From Thermoplasmatales archaeon (GTDB lineage Archaea; Thermoplasmatota; E2; DHVEG-1): 62,811 bases of DNA. Below the pieces are notes generated by a model. It searched no databases, was not told where the DNA came from, and was given only the letters and a program-made list of their open reading frames with translations. The position numbers were made by a program, and so were the translations under genes. Location of the stretch: the NCBI GenBank assembly GCA_020350365.1, contig CP070712.1:1-62811 (forward strand), written 5' to 3'. This document shows positions 46,772 to 55,865 of the stretch, piece by piece (position 1 is the first letter of the stretch; the number at the start of each line of letters is the position of its first letter).

Positions 46772-48220
46772 TTACCCACCAATTTTCACATGGACATAAA
46801 TCAATATAACAAATCCGCCTCGACTTTCTGTAACAAAAGATTCAGGTATATCGGCTGTTATAGTTAACTTAGTTGGCCCCAATCCAAATATAAAATTTGA
46901 ATTAATTGTAACATTTCCACCTGCAGGAATATTTGTTACACCAGTTGTTTCTTTGCCTATAAATGCACCTCCATCAAGAGTTATCTTCCAATTTACATCA
47001 ATTGCCTCTAAACCACCAATGTTATTAATTTGAGTACTGATCCTAAATAATCCACCCTTGATTGAGTCTATCTTAAGTTCTGCTAATCCAAGAATATCAA
47101 TTAAAAAAATATCAGACCATTCACTAGTCAAACCATAAATATCCTTTGCTTTTGCTTTGATTTCATATAGTCCTTTTTCAGACCATGTATGATTTATAGT
47201 TACCTCTTCACCATTAGAATATGGACCTACCCATCCACTAGTACTATTATCACCCCAATCAATGTAATAATATATATCATCCCAATTAGGATCAGAAGAA
47301 ACAACAGTAAAATTATAATCTTGGTTTATTACTCCAGTATCTGGACCTGAAATTGTTGGAGTTTCAGGAGGAAGAGGAATCCATGTGCAATTATTAGGAA
47401 TCATACAACATGTAACTTCGATTCCATAGCCAATGTTACCAATAAGAGTATATTCCCCCGTATCCAAATCTAATACATACAATTGTCCAGTAGTTGTATA
47501 TGCAGTTATATATAAGAGATTTGTTTCTCTGCAAAAGTCACCATCTGTTAAATAATGGATTGGGAAACCAATTGGATAAGGCGTTGCCTCACCTGTTTCT
47601 GTATCAATTGTGTAAAGGTTACCCAGTTGATCCCAACCATATAATACACCATCTCCATTAAAAGACATCCAAACCATAGACATAACATCACCTCCGAAAG
47701 GACCAATTTGTTCTTGTTCACCTGTAAATTGATCAATTTTATAGAGATGATTGTCTTCTGAACTACCATACATTTTATGATTTTTAGGGTTATATGCTAT
47801 ATCTAGGATATCTACGCCACCACCACCAATCAACCACATCTCACATGTAAAAATATCTAGACAATATAATATACCATTCTCGACTGTAAAATACCATATA
47901 CCGTCACAACCAAAAGTGTTACTACTAGATATAAAATTAGAGAGATTTAAACATAAATAGTTTACTTCTCCAGGATCAGCAAGAGGAAAAAAAATAATTC
48001 CTTCTGGACCAGGATATGCATTAAACCCATACATATATTCACAATCTTCAACAATTGATGGTTGCTTAAAAGCAATGGATTTATCGTCAATTAATATGCC
48101 ATTATTCGTGCTTTTCATTGCAGTTACATATGAAAATTTTTCCTCTATTATAAAACATCCATTAAGAACAAAAGCCAAAAATATAACAGCCAATACAATT
48201 ATTTTAATTTGATTTTTCAT
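46772..48220 (-). CDS. Secreted protein or lipoprotein: four LY.ID..TGE beta-propeller-like repeats, a PKD-like WGD domain and a CARDB-like C-terminal domain
   Basis: Signal with LNGC (lipobox-like). Repeats HLYKIDQFTGE, NLYTIDTETGE, QLYVLDLDTGE. YYYIDWGDNSTSGW. Confidence 0.6.
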   Translation of the reverse strand: MKNQIKIIVLAVIFLAFVLNGCFIIEEKFSYVTAMKSTNNGILIDDKSIAFKQPSIVEDCEYMYGFNAYPGPEGIIFFPLADPGEVNYLCLNLSNFISSSNTFGCDGIWYFTVENGILYCLDIFTCEMWLIGGGGVDILDIAYNPKNHKMYGSSEDNHLYKIDQFTGEQEQIGPFGGDVMSMVWMSFNGDGVLYGWDQLGNLYTIDTETGEATPYPIGFPIHYLTDGDFCRETNLLYITAYTTTGQLYVLDLDTGEYTLIGNIGYGIEVTCCMIPNNCTWIPLPPETPTISGPDTGVINQDYNFTVVSSDPNWDDIYYYIDWGDNSTSGWVGPYSNGEEVTINHTWSEKGLYEIKAKAKDIYGLTSEWSDIFLIDILGLAELKIDSIKGGLFRISTQINNIGGLEAIDVNWKITLDGGAFIGKETTGVTNIPAGGNVTINSNFIFGLGPTKLTITADIPESFVTESRGGFVILIYVHVKIGG

Positions 48221-48363
48221 TTTTTTCCTCCCTCAAAAATATAACCATTAGCTAATATTTAAATGTTATAGAAAACCTAAATAAAATAAAACTTACTAAA
48301 AAATATCTAATTAACATGATTTAGAAAGCTAATCTATCATAGTCCATAATCAGAAATAAATTT

Positions 48364-48460
48364 AAAAGAGAGAGGGGTTGTGGAGGTTAATTATATAGAA
48401 GAGGGAGTAAATGGAATGGGATGCGTCCCCTCTCTCATTTACGGCTGTTTTTACCACTCC
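48364..48460 (+). other. GC/purine-rich structured intergenic element, copy B
   Basis: Perfect 10-bp stem GAGAGAGGGG (48368-48377) / CCCCTCTCTC (48427-48436). Colinear blocks shared with 23287..23400. Confidence 0.35.
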
Positions 48461-48694
48461 TATATTTTTTATAGTATAAATCCTAAAGATTAAATGATTT
48501 AATTATACTATATTACGACAGGCTGAATATTAACAGTATAAACGAAGCTTACGATAATTATTACTGTTGCACATAATCTCTTTTGTAAATTTCTGAAATT
48601 CATTAATTCACTGTTTTCTAATTATATCCATCATGATTTATATATAGTTGGAAAACGTTCGGGAAAAACCAAACAAAAAGTAAAAACCTAATAA

Positions 48695-50020
48695 TTATAA
48701 GACATCCTTTTTCTCTTTAAATTTGATACCCAATTCCTTCAATTCGTTCAAAATTGGATTATAAATTTCTGGTATTACTGGAATATGGACTCCAGATTGA
48801 TTAATCAATCCATTTAGAATCATTTTTACAGCAATTGCTGCAGGTAGAGCAACAGTTCGAGAAATTGAAGAATCTCCATTAGGGATGCCATAATCTACCA
48901 GCGTAGAAGTAATATACTCCTTTTTTGTGGGATACTTAGCGATAAACTCATGAACCATAACTATCATGTCACGCTCTTTTTTATCAAGATACATTTTATC
49001 ATATGTCAGAACATTGAGATAATCTAGTGGACTGTCTTTTCCTTCTGGAAGTTTTAGATCGCTAAAAAGACCTAACCACCCAAGTCTTTTTATTACTGTA
49101 GAATACGTTTCAATTTTTAGAAATTCAGCAGTTTTTTCTATTAATTTTTCATTTTCTTTTGCATTTATCAAAAACCTTGTAAGATCACCATATGACTTAC
49201 CTTTAAATCCATTAACAGGCTTATCATTAAGCCATCCTAAAGCAACAATTTTTCTTAAAGTCTCACACCAACCAGTGAATCTAAATGTTCCCCTATAAAC
49301 AGTTTTTGCATCCTTTAGACCATATATATCTTTGTATGGTATTGAATCCCTATTGGGGTAATTTTCAAAGGTTCCAACACCTTGAACGTCTTGAATATAA
49401 TAATTTTCAAAAAGTTTTTCACCAGGGATAGAAACCTCTTTTCTGTTCTCAAGCCATTTTGCATCATTTCGTGATGCAAGAAGAACGCCTCTTGGTGACC
49501 ATGAGAATTTATAGCCAAATGGATTGTTATTTGCTTCAAAAGAAGGTAATGCACCAGTTGTAGATTTAAAACTAATAATTTTTCCATCATTTTCTTCAAT
49601 CTCATGAATAATTCTCATCGCAGACATATGATCAATTCCGGGGTCAAGACCACACTCATTGAGAAGAATTATACCTACATCCTTTGCTTCTTTATCTAAG
49701 GATTTCATTTCTTTACTAACATAGGAGGTTGTAACCAAATGTTTTTTATGCTTTATACAAAGATTAGCTACCTTTACATGATAATTATATGGAAGAAGAC
49801 TGACAGTTAGATCTGACTCTGATACCAACTTTTCCAAGAAGACATTATCTTTAACATTGAGCGCAACAGCTGTTCCAAATTTATGACCATTGATAATCTT
49901 TTCAGCTTTGCTTACAGTTCTGCTCGCCATTGTAACAGAAAAATTAGGCTGATCAAGTAGATATCTAACTAATGGTTTTGATACCAAACCTGCTCCAAGA
50001 ACCAACACATTATTAGACAT
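48695..50020 (-). CDS. Saccharopine dehydrogenase (L-glutamate-forming; LYS9 / AASS C-terminal-domain type)
   Basis: VLVLGAGLVSKPLVRYL Rossmann motif, GLDPGIDHM, and a Sacchrp_dh C-terminal-like region. Confidence 0.75.
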   Translation of the reverse strand: MSNNVLVLGAGLVSKPLVRYLLDQPNFSVTMASRTVSKAEKIINGHKFGTAVALNVKDNVFLEKLVSESDLTVSLLPYNYHVKVANLCIKHKKHLVTTSYVSKEMKSLDKEAKDVGIILLNECGLDPGIDHMSAMRIIHEIEENDGKIISFKSTTGALPSFEANNNPFGYKFSWSPRGVLLASRNDAKWLENRKEVSIPGEKLFENYYIQDVQGVGTFENYPNRDSIPYKDIYGLKDAKTVYRGTFRFTGWCETLRKIVALGWLNDKPVNGFKGKSYGDLTRFLINAKENEKLIEKTAEFLKIETYSTVIKRLGWLGLFSDLKLPEGKDSPLDYLNVLTYDKMYLDKKERDMIVMVHEFIAKYPTKKEYITSTLVDYGIPNGDSSISRTVALPAAIAVKMILNGLINQSGVHIPVIPEIYNPILNELKELGIKFKEKKDVL

Positions 50021-50067
50021 AAATAAATGCCTCCATAGGAAAGAAATAACCAGCGAAGTGAACTACC

Positions 50068-51363
50068 CTATAAATATTTATTGATATAAGAATAATCAGG
50101 CGTGAGAATACCCTGATATAAAATAACTGCTTTTTTTATCTCAGAAGGTAAATTGAGTTTCTCAAAATCTACTGAAAAATCAGCTCTAACAATGGATGGA
50201 ATAAAGCTCATAAGAGAATTACTGAATTCAATTGAAGATTCCTTAGGGAGTTCACAAGGAAGATTATCAACTGCTATTACAGCAATGCCATCTCCTTTGT
50301 ACCCATCAATAATATCCTCATTAAATGGATTATATACAAAAACAGGATTATCTGGTGTTGTGGCTATTTTGGTAAATTCTATTGCTCCATTAATGTCTAT
50401 ACTAATATCTCCTATTACTTGTAATTTGAATTGATTACTGTAGTTCTTTTTTACAAATTCTTCTGTAATAAGTCTAGGGTATTTATTGCTCCAATAAATA
50501 CAATTCATAAGAATGGAAAGATGTTCTAGATAGCTATGAAAAATGGATTGATACAAATGAGGATTATTATAATAATCCTGTAAATCAAACTTTTTATTTT
50601 CTTTAATGGGTTCAACTATATCTTCCTCCTTAAAAACGACTTTATAAATTACCTTATTTGAGGGATTTTTTTCTATAGTATTAATTTTTTTAGGAGCGAT
50701 CTCTTTTACTGGTAATATATCTAAAATTTCTTGAGCACCCATAGAAACATTTCCATATCCTGCAAATCCAACAACAAGAGGAGAAATTGATTCAGAAATT
50801 CCTTCTTTTTTAATTTTTTCTGCAATTCTATTAAAATGATCCCTTGTATCATCCAAATTTCTATAATCAATTGTTCTCTTAATTTCAGAAATTGGACTTT
50901 TAATTCCTTTCCATTTCATTCTTTGACCATATGCCCAAAGAGTATCAATCATACCTGCATATCCTGCATATTTTCCAAAAAATATCAAACGACGTCCTTT
51001 TTCATCTGAAACCTTTTCATAATCAATTAAATTACACCCTAATTCCATCATTTTCTTTAACATTGGCATGTTATACTTCTGACCTTTAATTGTATGTGAA
51101 AAAAACACATAAGTCTTCCCTGGTTCAAAAAAATCAAGAGGAATTTCTTTAACAGCAAAAATTACTGGAGCAGATATTCTTTCTTTAACTTGTGCCCCAG
51201 CTTTTTTATAATCATCATCTGTAAAAATTCTAATTTTTGAAGGTTGTATTATAGTTTCAATATTATGTTTATTTTTTAATTCAGTAATATGTTTAGGAGT
51301 AATTGGAACTCTTCGTTCCCATTTATTTTTGTCTTCTCTCCGAATACCCAGCGAAAAACTCAT
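50068..51363 (-). CDS. Lysine-ketoglutarate reductase-like (AlaDH/PNT family; AASS N-terminal-domain type)
   Basis: GIRREDKNKWERRVPITPKHI N-terminus, as in the LKR domain of AASS. VGFAGYGNVSMGA dinucleotide site. Confidence 0.7.
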   Translation of the reverse strand: MSFSLGIRREDKNKWERRVPITPKHITELKNKHNIETIIQPSKIRIFTDDDYKKAGAQVKERISAPVIFAVKEIPLDFFEPGKTYVFFSHTIKGQKYNMPMLKKMMELGCNLIDYEKVSDEKGRRLIFFGKYAGYAGMIDTLWAYGQRMKWKGIKSPISEIKRTIDYRNLDDTRDHFNRIAEKIKKEGISESISPLVVGFAGYGNVSMGAQEILDILPVKEIAPKKINTIEKNPSNKVIYKVVFKEEDIVEPIKENKKFDLQDYYNNPHLYQSIFHSYLEHLSILMNCIYWSNKYPRLITEEFVKKNYSNQFKLQVIGDISIDINGAIEFTKIATTPDNPVFVYNPFNEDIIDGYKGDGIAVIAVDNLPCELPKESSIEFSNSLMSFIPSIVRADFSVDFEKLNLPSEIKKAVILYQGILTPDYSYINKYL

Positions 51364-51423
51364 AGATAATACCCAAAAGCACCCATCTTATATCATTTTA
51401 AAAATATTGTGAGAAAATTTTCA

Positions 51424-52506
51424 TTATTTAAATCTTAAAATCGCACCAACATGGCCAAGGTTTGCGATTTCATCACCCTCTGTAAATTCAATATTTGCAT
51501 TTGTTCTTTCTGCAAATTCAATTATTTCTTCTATGATATCAACTTCTGAAGTCTTATTATTACAATAAGGACATGATTTTTTAACTCCCTGTTCAACCAT
51601 CTGACAGCTTTCACAAATCCATCCGCGGATTTTATAGTCCTTTTCTATTATTAATAAATCGACCTGCCCATTTTTTACAGCTTGTAAAGTTTCAACAATT
51701 CCATAGGTTGCTAAACCATCCTTCAATATTTCTTGTTTTAAAAGCTGAACTGCCTTATTACTTTCTATTTTTTCTTTCTCAGCAATTAACTTAAAGGATT
51801 CTTTCAATAATTTTTGTTCGTCTTCTATGCTAATATCAATAACGTCTACAATTTTATCCCTAATCTTCTTTGATAGTATATCCAAAAATTGATTTTTAAT
51901 GGTACCTGGTCCTGCTACTATTATAGAATCATCCGAAAGTTTTTGAAGAGCCTCTGCAACTTCTGACAAAAATGCTTTAATTGCTCCCCTCCTTAATCTA
52001 TTGAATCTAGCTTGGGACCATCCACCCTTCTTATGTTTGTTTATAATATCTGTTGAAAGTTTTTTTATATCTTCAACTTTTCCAGTGGATACAGAAAATA
52101 TCTTAGCAAAATTTGAACTAATCAATAGCAATGTAAATGATTCCCATTCATCTTGGATCCTTGCCAATGGACGAATATAAGGGGATGAATCTACAGTTAG
52201 AAGATTCTGTAATTTCATTGATAATGATATATATCTAATAAAGTCATATTTATGAGAAGCAAAAATAACAATACTACCTGAAGAAATATTTCTAATTTTA
52301 TTTTCAATTTCTTCAATTGTTTTATCAAAATTCTTTAAAATATCTCCTTTTAAAATATATCTACAAGCTTTTATTCTATGATCAATGAATTTTTTATATG
52401 TATTCTTATTAGCATATAAACTTATGAAAGTATCCTCACTATCTGAATCATATATCTCTGATAGATCTTTGATTAATTTCTTTATTTCATCTGTCATTGT
52501 AAACAA
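51424..52506 (-). CDS. eRF1-fold protein (release-factor paralog; baeRF/Vms1-like) with a GGWSQ loop and a C-terminal Zn ribbon
   Basis: HKKGGWSQARFNRLRRG sits where aRF1 has GGQ. There is no NIKS-type N-domain. An eRF1 domain-3-like C-terminus carries a CESC...CPYC insertion. Confidence 0.6.
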   Translation of the reverse strand: MFTMTDEIKKLIKDLSEIYDSDSEDTFISLYANKNTYKKFIDHRIKACRYILKGDILKNFDKTIEEIENKIRNISSGSIVIFASHKYDFIRYISLSMKLQNLLTVDSSPYIRPLARIQDEWESFTLLLISSNFAKIFSVSTGKVEDIKKLSTDIINKHKKGGWSQARFNRLRRGAIKAFLSEVAEALQKLSDDSIIVAGPGTIKNQFLDILSKKIRDKIVDVIDISIEDEQKLLKESFKLIAEKEKIESNKAVQLLKQEILKDGLATYGIVETLQAVKNGQVDLLIIEKDYKIRGWICESCQMVEQGVKKSCPYCNNKTSEVDIIEEIIEFAERTNANIEFTEGDEIANLGHVGAILRFK

Positions 52507-52611
52507 CCAATGAAAATAAACATTGTATATAATTTCTTTTAATCAATATTTATACTTTCAATAAACCCTGATTAAAGAATAAAAAAGGAAAATTATATCA
52601 TATGAAATAAA

Positions 52612-53420
52612 ATGAAGCAAACAAAAGGTCCTAGTTTACCAAGTTCAGATGTTATAAAAGCTTCTGAAATAGGTCAATATTGTTATTGTTCAATTGCATG
52701 GTATCTTCAAAAATGTGGATTTAAACCAAAATCTCAATTACTTGAAAAAGGAGTCAAAAAACATGAAGAGTTGGGTAGTATAATTGAATTTACTAAAAAA
52801 AGTGATAATAAATCAAAATCTTTTGAAATAGCTGGGTATTTAACTTTAATTCTAGGAACTCTTATCTTTATTTTTGGGGTGATTTTATAGATTTTCAAAT
52901 TTGGATTGGACTTCTATTAATCCTTCTCTCATTTTTACTTTTAATCATATCAAAATTATTACATAAAAAAGTTGAAAAAATTAAAAAGAAACATCAAATC
53001 CAAAGTGGAAAAATAACATATCAGGATTTAAATATACCTGCAAAACCATTTTTTTCAAATCGATATAGAATCACAGGTAAACCAGATTATGTTATTAAAA
53101 ATAAAAATTTCTTTATTCCAATTGAGGTAAAAAGTGGATATTATGATACTCCACAAAAAAGCCATATTTTACAACTTGCTGCATATTGTCAATTATTAGA
53201 AGAAAATTATGAACGATTTGTACCATATGGTTTTATTGTTTATTCAAATAAATCTAAATTTAAAATTGCATTTGATCCAAAAATTAGATTTGAATTTGAA
53301 TCAACTGTTAAGGAAATTAGAAATAAGATGAAAACTGGAACAATAAAAAGAAATCACAATGCTTCATTTAAATGTAAAAACTGCTCAATGCGATTGAATT
53401 GTGATTTTAAATTATTATAA
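52612..53420 (+). pseudogene. Cas4-like PD-(D/E)XK nuclease with an inserted TM hairpin, interrupted by a frameshift at the T5G4 run (52871-52879)
   Basis: Part 1 (52612-52890): ASEIGQYCYCSIAWYL...GVKKHEE. Part 2 (frame 3, no start codon): GKPDYVI..IPIEVKSG..HILQLAAYCQLLEE..CKNCSMRLNCD. The stop is at 53418-53420. Confidence 0.65.
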
Positions 53421-53478
53421 TACTATTTTTAAAAAAATTTATAAATAATTTTTTCATTTATCTATTGGGGAGTGACGA

Positions 53479-53694
53479 ATGAAAAAACAACTAACCTTTG
53501 AAGATGGAGTTTTGCTTTGCAAACACATTTATCAAAGCGCTATTGAAAAAATTCTAAGAGGCGTAATTGAGCAAGAGCAAATCTTCTATAGAACACATAA
53601 AATGCTAAACAAATTGGAAATTAAATCCAATAACAAAAGATTAGAAGAACTTCTATTCATACTAAACATTGAAAATATATATTCAATAATTTAA
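53479..53694 (+). CDS. Hypothetical small protein (71 aa)
   Basis: GGGGAG SD 6 nt upstream. I recognise no family. Confidence 0.4.
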   Translation: MKKQLTFEDGVLLCKHIYQSAIEKILRGVIEQEQIFYRTHKMLNKLEIKSNNKRLEELLFILNIENIYSII

Positions 53695-53737
53695 AAAAGA
53701 GGGTAAAATTATAAATAAAATTCAAGAAAAAAAATGT

Positions 53738-53950
53738 TTATTTCTTCCTTAGAACCAAATCAAATGCTTCATTTAGAAACTCTCTTTCCTCTTTTGTTGG
53801 TAGCCAACTAAAGCCATTTTCATCTTTAACAAAATTAGGTGCATTTGGGTCAAACCTTGTCATAAGATTCAAATGACCAGTATTTGGATCTCTATTTATT
53901 TCAAGCTTTATGTGAATATTTTCATTTTTATCCATGGTATCCTCATCCAC
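53738..53950 (-). CDS. Hypothetical small acidic protein (70 aa)
   Basis: ORF divergent from ABCE1. Non-repetitive sequence. I recognise no family. Confidence 0.4.
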   Translation of the reverse strand: MDEDTMDKNENIHIKLEINRDPNTGHLNLMTRFDPNAPNFVKDENGFSWLPTKEEREFLNEAFDLVLRKK

Positions 53951-54043
53951 TATTTTTACAGTATATATTTTTGTATCTTATACTTTTCTTTCTTTTTATA
54001 ATAAAAAACCTTTTAATGAATATTAACTTCTCACTTTTAAATT

Positions 54044-55816
54044 ATGAGGATAGCTGTACTTATTAAGGATAGATGTAAATCTAAAAATTGCTCTAGAGAA
54101 TGCATAAAATTTTGTCCAAGGGTTAGAGCTGGTGATGAAACCATTTTTATGGGTGAAAACGGAAAACCAATAATTTCAGAGCAGCTATGTGTTGGATGTG
54201 GAATCTGTATACATAAATGTCCTTTTGATGCAATAAAGATAATTGGTCTTGCTGAAGAGCTTGAAACAGATCTTGTTCATCAATTTGGAAAAAATGGTTT
54301 TAGACTATTTAAACTTCCAGTTCCAAAAATGGGTACCTGCATTGGAATTCTTGGACCAAATGGTATAGGTAAAACAACAGCAATTAGGCTTCTTTCTGGA
54401 CAGATTTTACCAAATCTTGGTGATTACGATGAAACGGTTACATGGGAAGATATTGTATATTACTATTCTGGAACAGAATTACATGAACATTTTAGAAAAC
54501 TGGCAAATAATGAAATATCAAGTGTAGTAAAACCACAATATGTAGATAGATTACCAAAAATTATGAAGGGTAAAATTGGAGATGTACTAAAAAAAATAGA
54601 TAACTCAGAAAATTTTGAAAATATTGTTGATAAACTTGGAATAAAAAATATTCTAAACAAATATATTGAAAAAAGAGAAATCTCTGGTGGTGAGCTTCAA
54701 CTTGTTGCAGTTGCAGCAGCCCTTTTAAAGGATGTAGATTTATATTTTTTTGATGAACCTTCTTCTTATCTTGATATCCATCAAAGACTAAAGGTGGCCA
54801 GAATAATTAAGGAATTATCTGAAAAGAAAAAAGTAATTGTTATAGAACATGATTTAGCAGTTCTTGATTTTCTTTGTGATAACGTTCACCTTGTATATGG
54901 AGACGAAGGAGCATATGGAGTAATAACAAATGCTCGTGGTGTTAGACATGCAATAAATACCTATCTATCAGGATATCTTAAAGAAGAAAACATTAGATTT
55001 GGGGAAAAGATAGAGTTTTTTGAACATCCCCCAAAGCAAAGACAGCAAATGAACATTCTAATTTCTTATGCAGATCTGACCAAAGATTTTGAGGAATTCT
55101 CCCTTGAAATCGAAAAAGGTATTATTAGAGGAGGAGAAATAATAGGAATTGTTGGACCAAATGCTATAGGTAAAACAACTTTTGTTAAAATTCTTGCAGG
55201 GACAATAAAACCAACTGCTGGAAAAGTAGAATATGATATAAAGGTCAGTTATAAACCTCAATACATAACACCAGATTACAAAGGAAGTGTAAGAGAATTT
55301 TTAGAGTCAAACTCCCAACAAATATTTACATCCTCATTTTATAAAGCAGAAATATTTGACGCATTTAACCTAAAATATCTTCTGGATAAACAAATCGAAA
55401 CGCTATCTGGTGGAGAATTACAAAGAGTTGCAACAGCAAACTGTCTTGTTCAAGAAGCTGATATATATCTTATAGATGAGCCCTCCGCCTATCTTGATTC
55501 TGAACAAAGAATGATTACTTCAAGAACTGTAAGAAGGGTTATTGAAAAGGTAGGAAAATCAGCATTAGTAGTTGATCATGATGTTTATTTCATTGATATG
55601 ATAAGTGACGCGTTAATTGTCTTTGAAGGTGAACCGGGAAAAAATGGAAAAGGATGTGGACCTTATAGTTTGCATGAGGGCATGAACCGTTTTCTAAAAG
55701 ATGTAGACATAACATTCAGGAGGGATGAGGAGACCCATAGACCACGGGTGAACAAACCAGATTCATTTATGGATAGAAAACAAAGAAAAGAAGGAGAATA
55801 CTATTATAGTATTTGA
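54044..55816 (+). CDS. abce1: ABCE1 (RNase L inhibitor homolog; ribosome recycling ATPase)
   Basis: N-terminal Fe-S domain (CKSKNC..CIKFCP, CVGCGICIHKCP) plus two ABC cassettes (GPNGIGKTT x2, LSGGELQ x2). Confidence 0.95.
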   Translation: MRIAVLIKDRCKSKNCSRECIKFCPRVRAGDETIFMGENGKPIISEQLCVGCGICIHKCPFDAIKIIGLAEELETDLVHQFGKNGFRLFKLPVPKMGTCIGILGPNGIGKTTAIRLLSGQILPNLGDYDETVTWEDIVYYYSGTELHEHFRKLANNEISSVVKPQYVDRLPKIMKGKIGDVLKKIDNSENFENIVDKLGIKNILNKYIEKREISGGELQLVAVAAALLKDVDLYFFDEPSSYLDIHQRLKVARIIKELSEKKKVIVIEHDLAVLDFLCDNVHLVYGDEGAYGVITNARGVRHAINTYLSGYLKEENIRFGEKIEFFEHPPKQRQQMNILISYADLTKDFEEFSLEIEKGIIRGGEIIGIVGPNAIGKTTFVKILAGTIKPTAGKVEYDIKVSYKPQYITPDYKGSVREFLESNSQQIFTSSFYKAEIFDAFNLKYLLDKQIETLSGGELQRVATANCLVQEADIYLIDEPSAYLDSEQRMITSRTVRRVIEKVGKSALVVDHDVYFIDMISDALIVFEGEPGKNGKGCGPYSLHEGMNRFLKDVDITFRRDEETHRPRVNKPDSFMDRKQRKEGEYYYSI

Positions 55817-55865
55817 ATTAGTAAAAATCATAATAATTAAATTACCTAGTTTTATTCCGTAATCA

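Noticed and set aside
52507-53478. I searched around the Cas4-like gene for a CRISPR array or cas operon.
   Set aside because: No regularly spaced direct repeats and no other cas-like ORFs are visible anywhere in the window.
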